From Neophaeotheca triangularis (Eukaryota): a stretch of 64,000 nucleotides of DNA. The stretch spans positions 1-64,000 of the forward strand of contig BAAIJX010000011.1 of assembly GCA_054600435.1 (NCBI GenBank). The letters are read 5' to 3'. Made by a program: the position numbers and the translations under genes. Below are positions 13,283 to 24,968 of this stretch, in pieces; position 1 is the stretch's first letter; every line of letters starts with the position of its first letter. Under the pieces are notes generated by a model that ran no database searches, was not told the origin of the DNA, and saw nothing but the letters and a program-made list of their open reading frames with translations.

Positions 13283-16200
13283 ATGGCTTCCAGACCTCCC
13301 TCGTACCATCATCATCCTGCCGTCGACTCGCGCCCTCCACCCCCTCCTCAGTTTTCTCAGCCCCCACCACCTCCTCCTCCGCCGCCGCCGCAGCACCAAC
13401 AGCAGCATCACCACCATTCACAGCAACAGCACATGCACCACCATCACCACCAGCAGCAGCCGCCGCATCAGCCTCCACCGCCAACCTACTATCAGCAGCC
13501 GGGCTACGGACACCCTCCACCGCCGACTCACCAGACCGCGCCTCCTCCCCCCCAAGGCCTCTCCCTCCCGCCCATTCAAGCGCATGCAGGCGCTGCGCCT
13601 CCTCCACCGCCAGAACATCAGCAAGCGCTACCGCCTTACCGCCATCCTTCCACGCATGATCCGCGCGAAGGCCCCCCTCCACCAGAATACCAATACAATC
13701 ACACCAGATCAGGTCATGCCACACCTGCGCCGGTGAACCGATCCTACTCCCACGACTCTACCCACCAACAGCGCACCCCTACAACACCTGCCGCGTCCGG
13801 CCCTTACCAGCATACAACATCTGCACCGGACAGTCACGGTGCGCCACAAGCCCACCACATGGAGCATGGGCAACATCATGGATATCCAAACGGCGCGCAG
13901 CACGGCTTACCGCCGCCACCGGCAGTTAGTCAAGGACCACCACCAGGACACGAACAAGGGCAGTACATGACACCGATTATGGACAATCACCATGGCTACC
14001 CTCCGCCGCAACAGCCGCCACCATCACAAATGTATAGCCAACAAAACTACGGGCCGCCTAATGCTAGCATGTTCACTGTGCATAAGAAGAAGCAGATGCG
14101 CGCTACACAGGTAGGAGCTGCGCGACGGATTCCTGCAAGTAGTATAGAACTAACTTTGTGTGTTGTGCAGGCTTGCGAGCAATGCCGGCAGAGAAAACAA
14201 AAATGCGACGAAGGCTCTCCGTGTTCCTTTTGCAAAGAGAACAGTCTGAATTGCACATATCGTGAGACACCACCAGCCAAGTAAGTTTTCAAGTCAAGCC
14301 CATGTGCATCTTCGCGACTGCTAACGTGGAGGAAGAACCGACAAGAACATGGAAAAAGTTATTAGTCACCTGGAAGCTTTGCAAGGCACCGTTCCCATGC
14401 TCCACAGTCTCGCAGACAAGATTAATAGCATGGATGAGCGGGTCCGGCGAATCGAGCACGAGAGGTCGCCAACCGAAGCTGGTGCGCAGAGTAATGAAAA
14501 CATGGTGGATGAGCCTCAGGCGGTTCGTCGCAAACCTGAACTGGATGATCACCGCACTGCGCCGCACAAACTCATACTGCTATGGCCCAGCGTCCGCCCG
14601 CTGCTGTTAGACGCGCATGTTGACGTGAACGATGGCTATGTGATGGAAGCAGAGGACCGCGGTGTTCTCCGCCTATACGGGCGCGGCGAAGGCATTGACG
14701 AGCACGATGGCACACAGCCCGGCGGTGCGCCTAGCCCTGCAAGGAGCGACGACAGCAACGAGGTTAGTGCTCCAACACCGCCGGAAGGTGTTTGGGGTAC
14801 CGGTTTCGCAGCGCATCCGCATCCAGAGATACGGCGATCAGAACCTTATAGCGCAGGCGGTCTGAAGCCTGATGGCTCGTTGGACTTGGACGCCAACACC
14901 ATCAACACTCTTTACGAAAGCTACATGAGGCATATACACGTCATGCATCCATTTCTCGACAAGAGCAGAGTGCGCAAGCTTTTCGACACCTTCATTCACC
15001 GCTATGGCACAGGCAACAAGCCTCAATTTCGAAACCATACTTTTGCTGTTGGCAGCAATGAATCAGACAGACCGCTCAAGCGCCAGCGATCAAACGGCTC
15101 GACAAGCCACAACGCGCCCGGCTCGGATTCTGGAACTCGCGGCAAGATATTGACCGAACGTTCCCCTGGAAATGCCATTGTCTACCTTGTTCTGGCCTTG
15201 GGAAAAATTTGCGCGCACAAGGAGCCCTTGCCCGGGCTTGCACAGGACAGCAAGCTCAGTGCTAATGCAAACATCGCACACCAACTCACTGGACATCCAA
15301 ACTATGGAAACTCGCCAGTCTCGGCCAATATCAAGCCTTCTCCGGCATCTCCAAAATCAACCCCTGCTCATGCGACTCCGTTGAGCAATGAGGGCGGCGT
15401 GAGATTTGAGTCTAGAAGCCGAAGATCTTCCCTGGATGGCGCTTCAACAGCAGGCTCGAGGAACATGGATGTTGTACCTGGCCTTGCTTATTATGCAAAA
15501 GCAGCGGAGATACTTGGTGACCAGGGGGATGGATACGACTTGGTTCATGCGCAAATGTTCCTCCTTGCCGGGCTCTTCAAGGGCCAGCTTGCACGCGTCA
15601 AAGAAAGCATGAGCTGGATCACAATGGCTGGCAGAGCTACCCAAAGCCTGCTTGAGCGATACAAGCTGTACAATGAACAATACTGGTCGGCTTATGGCGA
15701 TGTTCGCACGCAACATCAAAAGGGCCAGCGGCAAATAAAAGACAAGCGGCAAAATTTGATTGTTCTTGCGTCTTGGACGTGTTTACAACTGGAAAGCGAC
15801 ATTCTTGCCGAGCTACGACTGCCTTCTAGCGGCATCCAGAGCATCGAGAATCTATTGCTCATGCCACACCAAATCCCAGGGGAAGAGGACAATACGTATG
15901 CGGGCATCCAAACCAACGGCAGCGCAGATGACGATGAAGGCTACATTCTTTTCGTGTACACGGCCCAAATGTACTTGCGGAGACGCTTGAACCAGATTCA
16001 CCGCGAAATGTACGGGCCCGAGTGCTTGGGCAAGGAAGAGCACGAAGTGCAAATGATGCTCAAGGGCCACGAAGAGACTCTTAGCGCATGGAGAGCAGGT
16101 CTGCCGTCAACGCTGGCCTGGAGTGATTCGGATCCTCCTCCATCAGACATTCTGTCTGCCCGCCTGAGGGCCAAGTACTGGGGAGCCAAGTACATTGTCA

Positions 16201-16730
16201 ACCGACCCTTTCTGGACTATGCACTCCACATATTGCCTTATGTGGTTGAAGGGGATAGAACCGTCGAACAGGCATCGATAGACGCACATGGCAATCCGCG
16301 CGACAAGGCAGAAATACATCTCTTCAAAGCCATTGAAGGCATGGGGAAGAGTGAAGTATGGCAGGCGGCAAAACGCTGCATCCAAGCGGCAATGCAGAGC
16401 ACCGTTGCTTTTGACGGCATTCCCAACCGTCTGGTCGTCACCAACATCCACGGCACGGCCCACGCTCAGTTTGGGAACATGCTCGTCCTCTCGGCTACGT
16501 ACTACAACAAATACCTCAAGCAGCTCATCGACAGTGAGAAGCTGAAGGTTCTCCTCGAGCGGACCATTCAATTCCTGCGCCGTCTCGCGCCCATTTCGCC
16601 GACTTGCAGTAATGATTGTGTGATTCTCGAAAAGATTAATCACTGCCTTTTTGGCGTTCCGCAAGACGCCAAACATTTATATCGTGGCGAGCTAGAGCCT
16701 CCGAGTGCTTCCAACTCTTTCACCACGTAG
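13283..16730 (+). CDS. Zn(II)2Cys6 transcription factor with Pro/His/Gln-rich N-terminus and fungal TF middle-homology domain, 3 exons
   Basis: ACEQCRQRKQKCDEGSPCSFCKENSLNC binuclear cluster; introns 14111-14170 and 14281-14335 join ORFs 13283 and 14349 in frame; YMRHIHVMHPFLD motif. Confidence 0.92.
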
Positions 16731-17724
16731 TCTAGAGGGATGGCATAGCATTCAAGAATTGTATAGGGAGCTGCGCTGTACATTGCCGCTGGAGTCGCAC
16801 TTGCGCTCCTACACACTGTCATCGCTGTCTAGCAGCGTCGGGCAATAGGCGGCAGTCTTGGACACTATGGCTCGTAGAATCTCTTGTCTTTTTGGCATTG
16901 AAAAGAGGCAGCTCAGTTTGGTCCTACCAGGGAAATTCGGTATTCCTGATGCCACACAACCCGTTCGTACTACCCGCCGTGCTGGCGACTTCGATGCGCC
17001 GCCGACCCGAGGAACAAGACACATTTTGTCAAACCTTCGTCACTCGCCGCGGCACCGAGTCTTCTAAACCAACAGGCAGCTCCACCAGACATACAACCCG
17101 CACACCTCAATCATCTTCTCGACCACCACTACTAGCATCATCTCTCTTTCAAACCCATTCCACAGCGAAGCGAGCATCATCATCATCATCATCATAATCA
17201 TTGGGAGGCTAGCGCTCAAAGCATTTCATCGCAACCGCATGCAAACCCGCAAAATTGCTTTCATTCTCCTTTGGCTTCCGGCTACCTGCTCACTCTTCCG
17301 CGTCTTCCATTCGACAGCACATGCAGCCCGCTCGCCCACGAAACTCTGGAAGTTCGCAATACCTCACAGTGTACATCGCGGGCCGGCTGCTCTCTTATCC
17401 ATTTTTCCCCGTCTAGCGCTTGCTTTTCCGTCCGCGCGACCCTCTTCGGAGCCGCGCATATCGCCCACGGCCCAACGTCCGCGACATTTCGCCCCGCCAG
17501 GCCGGGTTTCATCTTGAACATTGCGCCAACTTGGGTTTTTGCGAATATGGGTGGTCTATCTGTCTTCTCTCTCTCTTCCTTTTTTTTTTTTTTTTGGCCT
17601 TTGCGATTTGCGGTTTGCGTTGTACATTACCGGACTGGAAAGTCTAGATTTTCACGTTTGCTCTGGGTGGCTTTTTCTTTTCGAGCCCATGGTTTTTTCC
17701 ATGTGGAGGTTGGGGATGCGGAGT

Positions 17725-17806
17725 GGATGGGATGGGATGGGATGGGATGGGATGGGATGGGATGGGATGGGATGGGATGGGATGGGTTGGGTTGGGTTGG
17801 GTTGGG
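17725..17806 (+). repeat. compound pentanucleotide microsatellite (GGATG)12(GGTTG)4
   Basis: Directly visible perfect tandem repeats. Confidence 0.95.
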
Positions 17807-19151
17807 CTAGGTGGTGGTTTCGGATGGTTCCCACGGCCTGTTGTAGCTAGTGAGCGGAAGATACCATGTCTACAGTTTTTTTTTTTTTTGGGGCTTTTTT
17901 TTGCTTTTATTGTGGTGTTTGCTGGTGGTCATCGTGCTTTTGCCGCTCCGGATTGGTGGCTAGAGGTCGTCTTCCAGTACAAGTTCGCCCCCTGTTAAGG
18001 CGACAAAAGTTCGACGCCGCGCTCGAGTGCCGCCTTACTACTACATGGTCTTGAACTGTGCTCGCGTCAAGGCTTACTACCGAGCTTGCGCCCTCTCCAC
18101 GAGGCGAGTGGGGAGCTGTATGTATCTGCAGCTTTACTTCTCTGCGGATTCCACTACGAGCCGAAGCAGGAACTCTGGCCTCGAAGCGAGCTCTTTGAGA
18201 CCTGAGGGGTCGGTCCCTAGCTCCCTCCAATCGACCTGGCAACTCGACTCTCCCGTGGAGATCTCGTCTCTCGTTCCGCCGCGCTCGAGTGGTTGCGTGC
18301 GCGCTGGATTGTTCTCGGGGAGGGGGCTCCCGGTGATTTCTTCCGATCCTCGAGGCATCCCGAACTGACTGCCAGACGAGTGTCGCCGGACTTGATCTGT
18401 ATCGGTTTCAAGGGATGGTGCCCGAGTGTTCGAGCCATGGAGACTGCCCGGGAGGAGTTTGGTCTTGCGCCAAGGTAGCGGGAGACTTGCTTCTCGGCCA
18501 CTTCGACCATGCATGTTCTGCGCTCCTCGCTTACAGACGTAGATGACAGCTTTGCGGTTGTCGTGCGTCGCAGAATCCTACACCAGCCAGCGAAACGTCG
18601 CTATCTGAACCGCGAGAATTGTCTCTTCCTGATCGAGCACGACACTCTCGCGGCCGCATAGTCGCCATACCGGACGCTTCATAACGCAGCCTAGCACTAG
18701 CTAGCATAGTGCTTCGGCCTCGTGTGTGGTGTCCGCCCAGGCTCTTTAGTAGAATCCGGTTCAAGATCCGGCTCGGGCCATTTTCTTCGGTAGGAAGATC
18801 TTGAGATCAAGCGCACTTTCTCGGGATGTATTGCTACGGGCGAGTTCATTGTCAGCGTATAGTTTCGCTAGCTTAAAGGGAACCGTAATGAAGTAAAGAA
18901 GATGCCACAAAGGCTTAAGATCCACATACGCTCGCCAACGGACCTGAAGTACCTGCCATTGTCAATCCCTCATCGCCTCCTTATCATCGCATTGCAGAGA
19001 GGCATACTCTCCGAGCACTCTACCATCGACTCGGTTCTATATACTCAAGACCGCATCATACGAGTACAGCAGCAGTACCGCGATCAGCCCGTTTTTGTGC
19101 CTTGAGTTTGCGGAATTAAACTACTTAGTGTTGATTGCACGAATATACATC

Positions 19152-19270
19152 ACATACGACCACAGCTCAGTGAATCTAAGGCATCCCGTCCGCTCTGCCA
19201 TATTCAAGCACTGAAGCGGGTGACTAGTACTACGGTGGGTGACCACGTGGGAATCCCACCTGTTGTATGT
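19152..19270 (+). rRNA. 5S rRNA gene (dispersed copy)
   Basis: ACATACGACCA...CCCGTCCGCTC...TAGTAC...GGGTGACCAC...GAATCC...TGTTGTATGT, 119 nt with complementary ends, followed by oligo-T Pol III terminators. Confidence 0.96.
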
Positions 19271-19514
19271 TTTTTTGCGGTTTTTTCTTTTTTGACCTTC
19301 AGGAGCCAATGTCTAGCTCTGGTTGAGAGTGGAGTGGAGCTTTCTAGCTGGCGTTGAGCGAGCCAAAGCCTTTTTGATGGAGTTTGTGCTCGATGCTGCT
19401 GTTCCCGGCCAGGTCTTTAGGGTTAGAGTTTGAGACGTGACTGCCCCTTGGATCGCACGCCGTGGTAGGGCTCCTAGATTTGTAGCGACATGTAGATGCT
19501 TTTGTCTTAGCTTT

Positions 19515-20640
19515 TTACTGCTTCCTTATAGTCGGTGGCCGCCAAGCATAGATATCTGCAGTGAGTGGAGAGTTGGGTCGAGGGTGTGAGTTGCAAACAA
19601 GGTGTAGATACCGGCAAATCGCACGGGCCATTAAAGTCGGTAAATATAGAGATCGGAGTGGGATGTACATAACAAGACGAGTGCCCTTCCAATCAATCAA
19701 TATGGCCTTGAAGGGTAGACTAGCGCCATAAATATCTCGTTCAATCAACATGCGCTCTCCTAGAGATTCAAATCGAGAACATCGGAAAGCTGGTAGCGGG
19801 AGAAGCGGTGGCCGAGGGCTGCAGGGAGGGGATAGCCAGGATCCAGGTCAAATAACCCCACGGTCAGGGTACAGGCGCTCGACAGCGACGAGCAATCATA
19901 TGCCTGTAGCCTTTGCTTCGCTGCTGAGAGAAATTTGGTTCTTTGCCAGCAGACCCCGAAGGTGTGTCTCCGGCCACCATCCACCAAGTGGCATAGCGCG
20001 TCGAACCTCTTGAAAATGGTTGATGTCTCGAGTCTGAAAACGCCGAGTGTATTGGTTCTTGAGCCATTCCGCTGCCAAGAAAGACTTGGTTCGTTGACCA
20101 TGGCTCTAGTGGCGTGCTTTCGGCGACAGCCCTCCGATCCCAGTCTATAGGAGAAGTTAAAGTTGCAGTGTATGTCCCTCGCGTCCAGTCAACAGACCCA
20201 GAACTGTCGCCATTAACACTCTGTGGCTGTCGGTCCGTTTGGGATTCGTTCGCGATTCCACAATGCTGGGTCTAAAATAAATTGCTTTTCTGTCAGCACG
20301 TAGAGAGCCAAATTTGACCACAACCTTTTCTCACGAGCGCCTCTGAAGCTCGAATTCGGAGAATGGCAACGGCTTGATCGGGTTCCCGCCAATGCGGTAA
20401 TCCCTTAAGCCAAATTCGCTCACCCACGACCATGTAAATCGCTCTCGAAGCTTCGAACGCTCAGTATGGTCGAGATAGACCAGTGGCGTTTCAAAAGTGT
20501 CCAAGTCTTGCAATCAACGTAGAAATTTCAGACAGTATGCAGTAGCCTTTCCTACCCACAAAAGTCGTTTAATGTCGGTCAGGGGAAAGACGAGAATTCT
20601 AGGTCGACGGTGACGAGAAAAAGCCCCTGAGCAGTCCACG
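19515..20640 (-). pseudogene. degraded spliced gene of unknown family
   Basis: Protein-like fragments broken by in-frame stops (…KFLR*LQDLDTFETPLVY…; LAAEWLKNQY…KATGI*LLVAVERLYPD) plus a canonical intron at 20272-20334 (GTGAGA…GCTGAC…TTTAG). Confidence 0.35.
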
Positions 20641-21199
20641 CAAGCCGTCTTTAGTTCAACGGGCTCTCCGTGCGGTCAGAGGGTCTTGATGTCCTTCCCG
20701 CCTAGGAACGCACGCCATCTGTGCAGCAGAAAGAGATCCCCGACCATATCCTGAGTGAGAGCTACACAACATGTCAGCACTGCAAAACATCCCCATGCCT
20801 TCTATCCATCCTCGTAGCCATCCCTCACCCAGCCCTTCTAGCTCAGCACCAGGCCGACGGAACCTTGACGATCTCCCAGGCGTCCAGAGCAACCAACTCA
20901 TCGAATGGCTCCCGCAATGTAACACATGATCACCCGCAAAGTCGAATATCTTTGAAGAAAGATCTTGTATTTCATACCACTAAGCAAGCCGCAAGCCCGT
21001 AGTCGCTCTCCGTAGCCCACCATAGGTTCAGGACGCCGTAACGCCATACCCGCCTCTTCAATGCAGTGTCGTATCCACATGTTTCCTTATCCCGTCGTCT
21101 TCGAGTCCTCAGCAACATCCCCGGCATCCTCCCATTGATCAACATTCTCCCACAGTCTTCTCCCAAATCATGACCGTTTTCTCCCCACCATCCATTCTC

Positions 21200-21793
21200 T
21201 TACAAGCTCCCACCCCTCAGCGCGAGAACAAGATGCAGTGTCGCGCCACCCTCGAGTTGATATTCGGCAGCGGTCTTGTCGTCGTTCCTATAAGCGACAT
21301 TGTCAGCGTCCATCCATCCATCCGTTCAACCACCCTTCTACCCATGCATCCAATGCATTCCCGCCGTCCCTTCATCGAGCTCCCCCCAACCAGCCAACCT
21401 CAGCCAACTAACCATCCCAGCAACCACCCCTACCTCACCCACCACCCGTTGGAAAGAAAAGAAAAGGAAACCCTTACATCTGCTTCCCCCCATAAATCAA
21501 CCTCTGCTGCACCGGCGGGATCCCCTCCTTCTCCTCCACGCGCTCTTTTATGCGAGAAACCTATTCCGCGCCCAAGATCAGCAAACCAAACCCCTCAAAG
21601 CACTAGTGACTCCTGCTAGATCGTGAGATTGGAAGGAAGGAGGGTGGTTGTACCTTGTAATCGGGCTCGATATCTAGCTCGATTTCCTTGCCGGTGAGGG
21701 TGCGGACTCTGGTTGTAGTTGGCGGTTAGCAGGGGGTCTGGGGGCCGGAGTTGGCGGTATGGGTGGTGGGGGGGCGGCTTACTTGATTTGCAT
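21200..21793 (-). CDS. RUB1: ubiquitin-like protein NEDD8/Rub1 precursor, 4 exons
   Basis: Spliced: [78 protein letters not shown]; not visible in the ORF track because the exons are short. Confidence 0.96.
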
Positions 21794-22356
21794 TTTTAAA
21801 TGGTGGGGGTTCGAGGGGGTGTTATTTCTTTTTGAAGAACCTTGGGAGTTGGCTTGGGTCTTAGTTAGAGTCAGGAGGAGCTTGGTGAGGAGAGTCGAGT
21901 TGTAGCTTGGAGCTGTGTTGCTTGTGAGTGTTTCTCTCTGCCTGAAGGTCGGGTGGAAAGCTGATGGAGTGACGTTTGGGCTTGCTTGCCTGATGCGGGT
22001 TAGCGGCTTTTTGGGCCCTTTGACAGCTACCTTACTACCTCCGTACCTGAATTAGTTTATGAGATGAGTGAAGCTGAAGAAAAGGAGTCGAATGCATATG
22101 TTTGCACTGCTATAAACTAGAAGCAAGCAACATGTGCTACCAAAGTAGTCGATTCCGAGAGTATCTCCAGCTTCGAGACGGTTCACCACGAAAGTGCTTC
22201 GCCATCTGCTTGCTGTCACCGTTCGCCTGCGCCTCAAAACCCCATGACCTCGGAGAGAAGCGTATGCAAGATATCCGCTCGACTAGAAAGATCCCCCAGC
22301 GCCAGCGCTAATAATCACAAAGCATGGACTCCTTCACTCATCCGGTGGAGTGATGC

Positions 22357-24228
22357 TCACATCTGTTTGTAATCCACACTCCTCTGCCTCCTCTGCCTGC
22401 CCTGCGCACGCTGCGGATTCACTGGATTACGAAAATATGCGCCATCATTCCCACCCTGCCCCGCACCACCCTGCAGCATGCCGCCTCTCCCCATACCCCA
22501 ACCGCCCTGCTGCTGCTGCCCATTCCATCCCATGCCGCCATTCTGGCCCCCGTTGTACATATTCCTCGGCCCCGCGGGCGGATACCCGTTCATACCGCCA
22601 CCATTGTGCGTTCTATTGCCACCATAGCCCATACCGTTATTCATACCCATCCCACCCATCATGCCGCCACCTGGACCTACCATCCCAGGCATTCCGCCCA
22701 TCATCATGGGGTTCATGCCGTTCATGCCCATCATGGAGGGATTCATGCCCATCATCATCGGGTTCATCATGGCCGGGTTGGGGGCTTGTTGCGGGCCTCC
22801 GGAGACTGCGGCCGCCATTTGTTGGAGAAGGTGTTGAGCTTCGCTTTGAGCGGGACCTTTGGGTGGCGCAGGCGCGGAAGGCTTGGCGGGAGTGCCTTGT
22901 TTGGAGTTTGCGGCGGCCGGGTTGGCGGGCTTACGGTCATTTTCTAGCTCGTCTGAGGCGGCGCGTTTGCGGCCGTTCGTCTTGGAGGTAGGGGTCGAGT
23001 TTGATGAGTTGGCGGCGGGTGATTTTTCGTCTTCAGGCTGCGGAGTGGCGGCGGCAGGCGATTCGGAACCTTCCTTGGCTTTGGCTTCTTTGGCCGCCTT
23101 CTTCTCTTCTCGGTACTCTGTAATCTCCTTCGCCTTGTCTTCGTCTTTGACAAGCTCATCGAGTAGCGCTTCTTCACCGCAATTGGGGCATTTGAGATCG
23201 TTATCGAGCAGATTGTTCTCTATGCAATCAAAGCAATACGTCTTGCCGCAACATGGCGTCTTGTGGGGGTTGACAAAGAGACGGTTATCTATCTCGCACT
23301 CTAGCCCACGATCTCTCAACTCCTTGTCTGCAACATCAACCTCCTTCACCTTCTCGGCAGCCGCTTTAGTAGTGTCTTGAAACTTCTTGAAAGTCTCTTG
23401 GTCGGGCTTCATGATGACAAAGTCCTCTCCCAGCGTCATGACTCCGTTTGGTAGCTGGGCGTAGTCGATGTTGCCCTCTTCGTCACGAACGACTTCGACA
23501 GTCTCAAGCTGCGAGCGCGGGATGCCGGTGGCTTTCTTGATTCGCTTGCCGTCGAAGTTCGGGTCTCCATTCGTGGGGCATTTCTCAATCCAATGGCCCT
23601 TCTTCTGACAACGGTAGCATGTGTAACCAGGGCCGGGGACACCATCGGGAATCTTGGCACCGTTCTTTTTGAAGGTATTACGGACGGGACCGTTGAGAGC
23701 CATGGCTTCCTTGTCTGCGTTCCAGCTTTCCTGTCCTTCGTTGAGAACCGCTTGAAGTCGCTCATCTTCGGTCATCGGCTTGTCACTGGTCGCGGTGCTG
23801 CTGGAGACAACTGGTGTCCCGCGAGCCGGTGTGGATGAGTTTGGGCCAAATTCCAGGCGGTGGTGGTTTTTGGCCATGACAGGCATCTTCCCTGAGACAT
23901 AGCGAGCAGCTCTACCTTTGCCGGGCACAGCAGCCGGCCTGCGACTAGCGATAACGGTAGTGGAACGAGGTATTTGAACGGTATCATCGTCGTATTCTAT
24001 AATTAAAGTCAGCGATTGGAACTCGAAGTCGGAAGAGTTACAGCAGTACGCACTCTCTTTGGTTTCATCCGAGGTGAATATTTCGAGGTCGAAGTCTGTC
24101 CCGTCACCAAGCTTGGTCTGAGCAATAATGTCGCGCTTTACCTCGAACACTGACAGACTAGTGCCATCGAATGTGATTTGCGAAGTGTCCTTTTGCGACT
24201 TGAACTTGTAGAAGATGGAGGAAGACAT
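22357..24228 (-). CDS. MPE1: Mpe1/RBBP6 cleavage-polyadenylation factor (DWNN, zinc knuckle, RING/U-box-like)
   Basis: MSSSIFYKFKSQK DWNN start, YTCYRCQKKGHWIEKCPTN knuckle, KKATGIPRS and TPCCGKTYCFDCI…CPNC; stop-free 57-nt intron 23997-24053. Confidence 0.95.
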   Translation of the reverse strand: MSSSIFYKFKSQKDTSQITFDGTSLSVFEVKRDIIAQTKLGDGTDFDLEIFTSDETKESAYCCNSSDFEFQSLTLIIEYDDDTVQIPRSTTVIASRRPAAVPGKGRAARYVSGKMPVMAKNHHRLEFGPNSSTPARGTPVVSSSTATSDKPMTEDERLQAVLNEGQESWNADKEAMALNGPVRNTFKKNGAKIPDGVPGPGYTCYRCQKKGHWIEKCPTNGDPNFDGKRIKKATGIPRSQLETVEVVRDEEGNIDYAQLPNGVMTLGEDFVIMKPDQETFKKFQDTTKAAAEKVKEVDVADKELRDRGLECEIDNRLFVNPHKTPCCGKTYCFDCIENNLLDNDLKCPNCGEEALLDELVKDEDKAKEITEYREEKKAAKEAKAKEGSESPAAATPQPEDEKSPAANSSNSTPTSKTNGRKRAASDELENDRKPANPAAANSKQGTPAKPSAPAPPKGPAQSEAQHLLQQMAAAVSGGPQQAPNPAMMNPMMMGMNPSMMGMNGMNPMMMGGMPGMVGPGGGMMGGMGMNNGMGYGGNRTHNGGGMNGYPPAGPRNMYNGGQNGGMGWNGQQQQGGWGMGRGGMLQGGAGQGGNDGAYFRNPVNPQRAQGRQRRQRSVDYKQM

Positions 24229-24960
24229 AGTGGTGGCTTGTCGATTTTGAAGACCAGTATCGGTTGCTCAGTTGGAATCTCTAATAGCCAGTTTCGCAAA
24301 TGTTGTCGTCGATTCAAACCCAGAATTGCTTTGTGAAATGCCTTTCACGTCGGTGTCAAGAAGAAAGTATTGGAAGGAAGGTGGAGAAAGCAGTGAGTAC
24401 GGCTGAACAACCAAGAGGTCAGGCCTCAAATGCACAGAATGGTCACAGCCTTGTGGGAAACGCTCGTGTTATTGAGTAGCAACTGCTTGACAATTGTGGC
24501 CAGATTGCCTTTGCTCGTAGTATTCCTTTTCTCAAAGAGTATGGTGGAGTTGATTGAGAGCTGGGGGAGTATGTGCGAGAGCAAGACAAGTATGTCTGAC
24601 GGCCAACACCCAAGTGTTACTCCAACAATAGACAGTCTCTGGTATTGTTCCCGATGATCCACCTCAGTCCACTTCCTTCACTTCGAGTCCAACCAACGTC
24701 GCTTCACTCGGCGTCGCAAAAGCCAACCTTGACTCACCAGTTGCGACCGACTTTGGGAGAGGAGTCTGGCTCGGCGCTTGGGTCTGTGTAAGTATTACGG
24801 TCGTCAAGATGATAGAAGAGTTGGGGTAAAGAGGTTGGTGTCGTCGCAGTTGATGGTGGGAAGAGTTTGATGAGGAGGAGAGGAAGTGAGATGTAGATGA
24901 AGGCGCAGTTTGCGCCCGCTTATGGAGAAGTCAGCTTACAAATGCGGCCACATGTCCTCA

Positions 24961-24968
24961 TCACGTGA
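24961..24968. promoter_or_regulatory. TCACGTGA E-box palindrome (bHLH/Cbf1-type site) upstream of the MPE1 leader
   Basis: Perfect 8-bp palindrome just upstream of the pyrimidine-rich putative TSS region. Confidence 0.35.

Noticed and set aside
17271..17998. ORFs with WDGMG repeats
   Set aside because: Translation of the (GGATG)n microsatellite and T-tracts, not a protein.
18134..18514. 126-aa minus-strand ORF in a GC-rich patch
   Set aside because: No recognisable motif or convincing splice model; an orphan gene cannot be excluded but is unsupported.
19417..19426. TTAGGGTTAG, a 1.5-repeat match resembling a telomerase RNA template on the minus strand
   Set aside because: A single 10-mer is plausible by chance in 64 kb. 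I saw no pseudoknot or CR4/5-like features, and a 5S gene lies 150 nt downstream.
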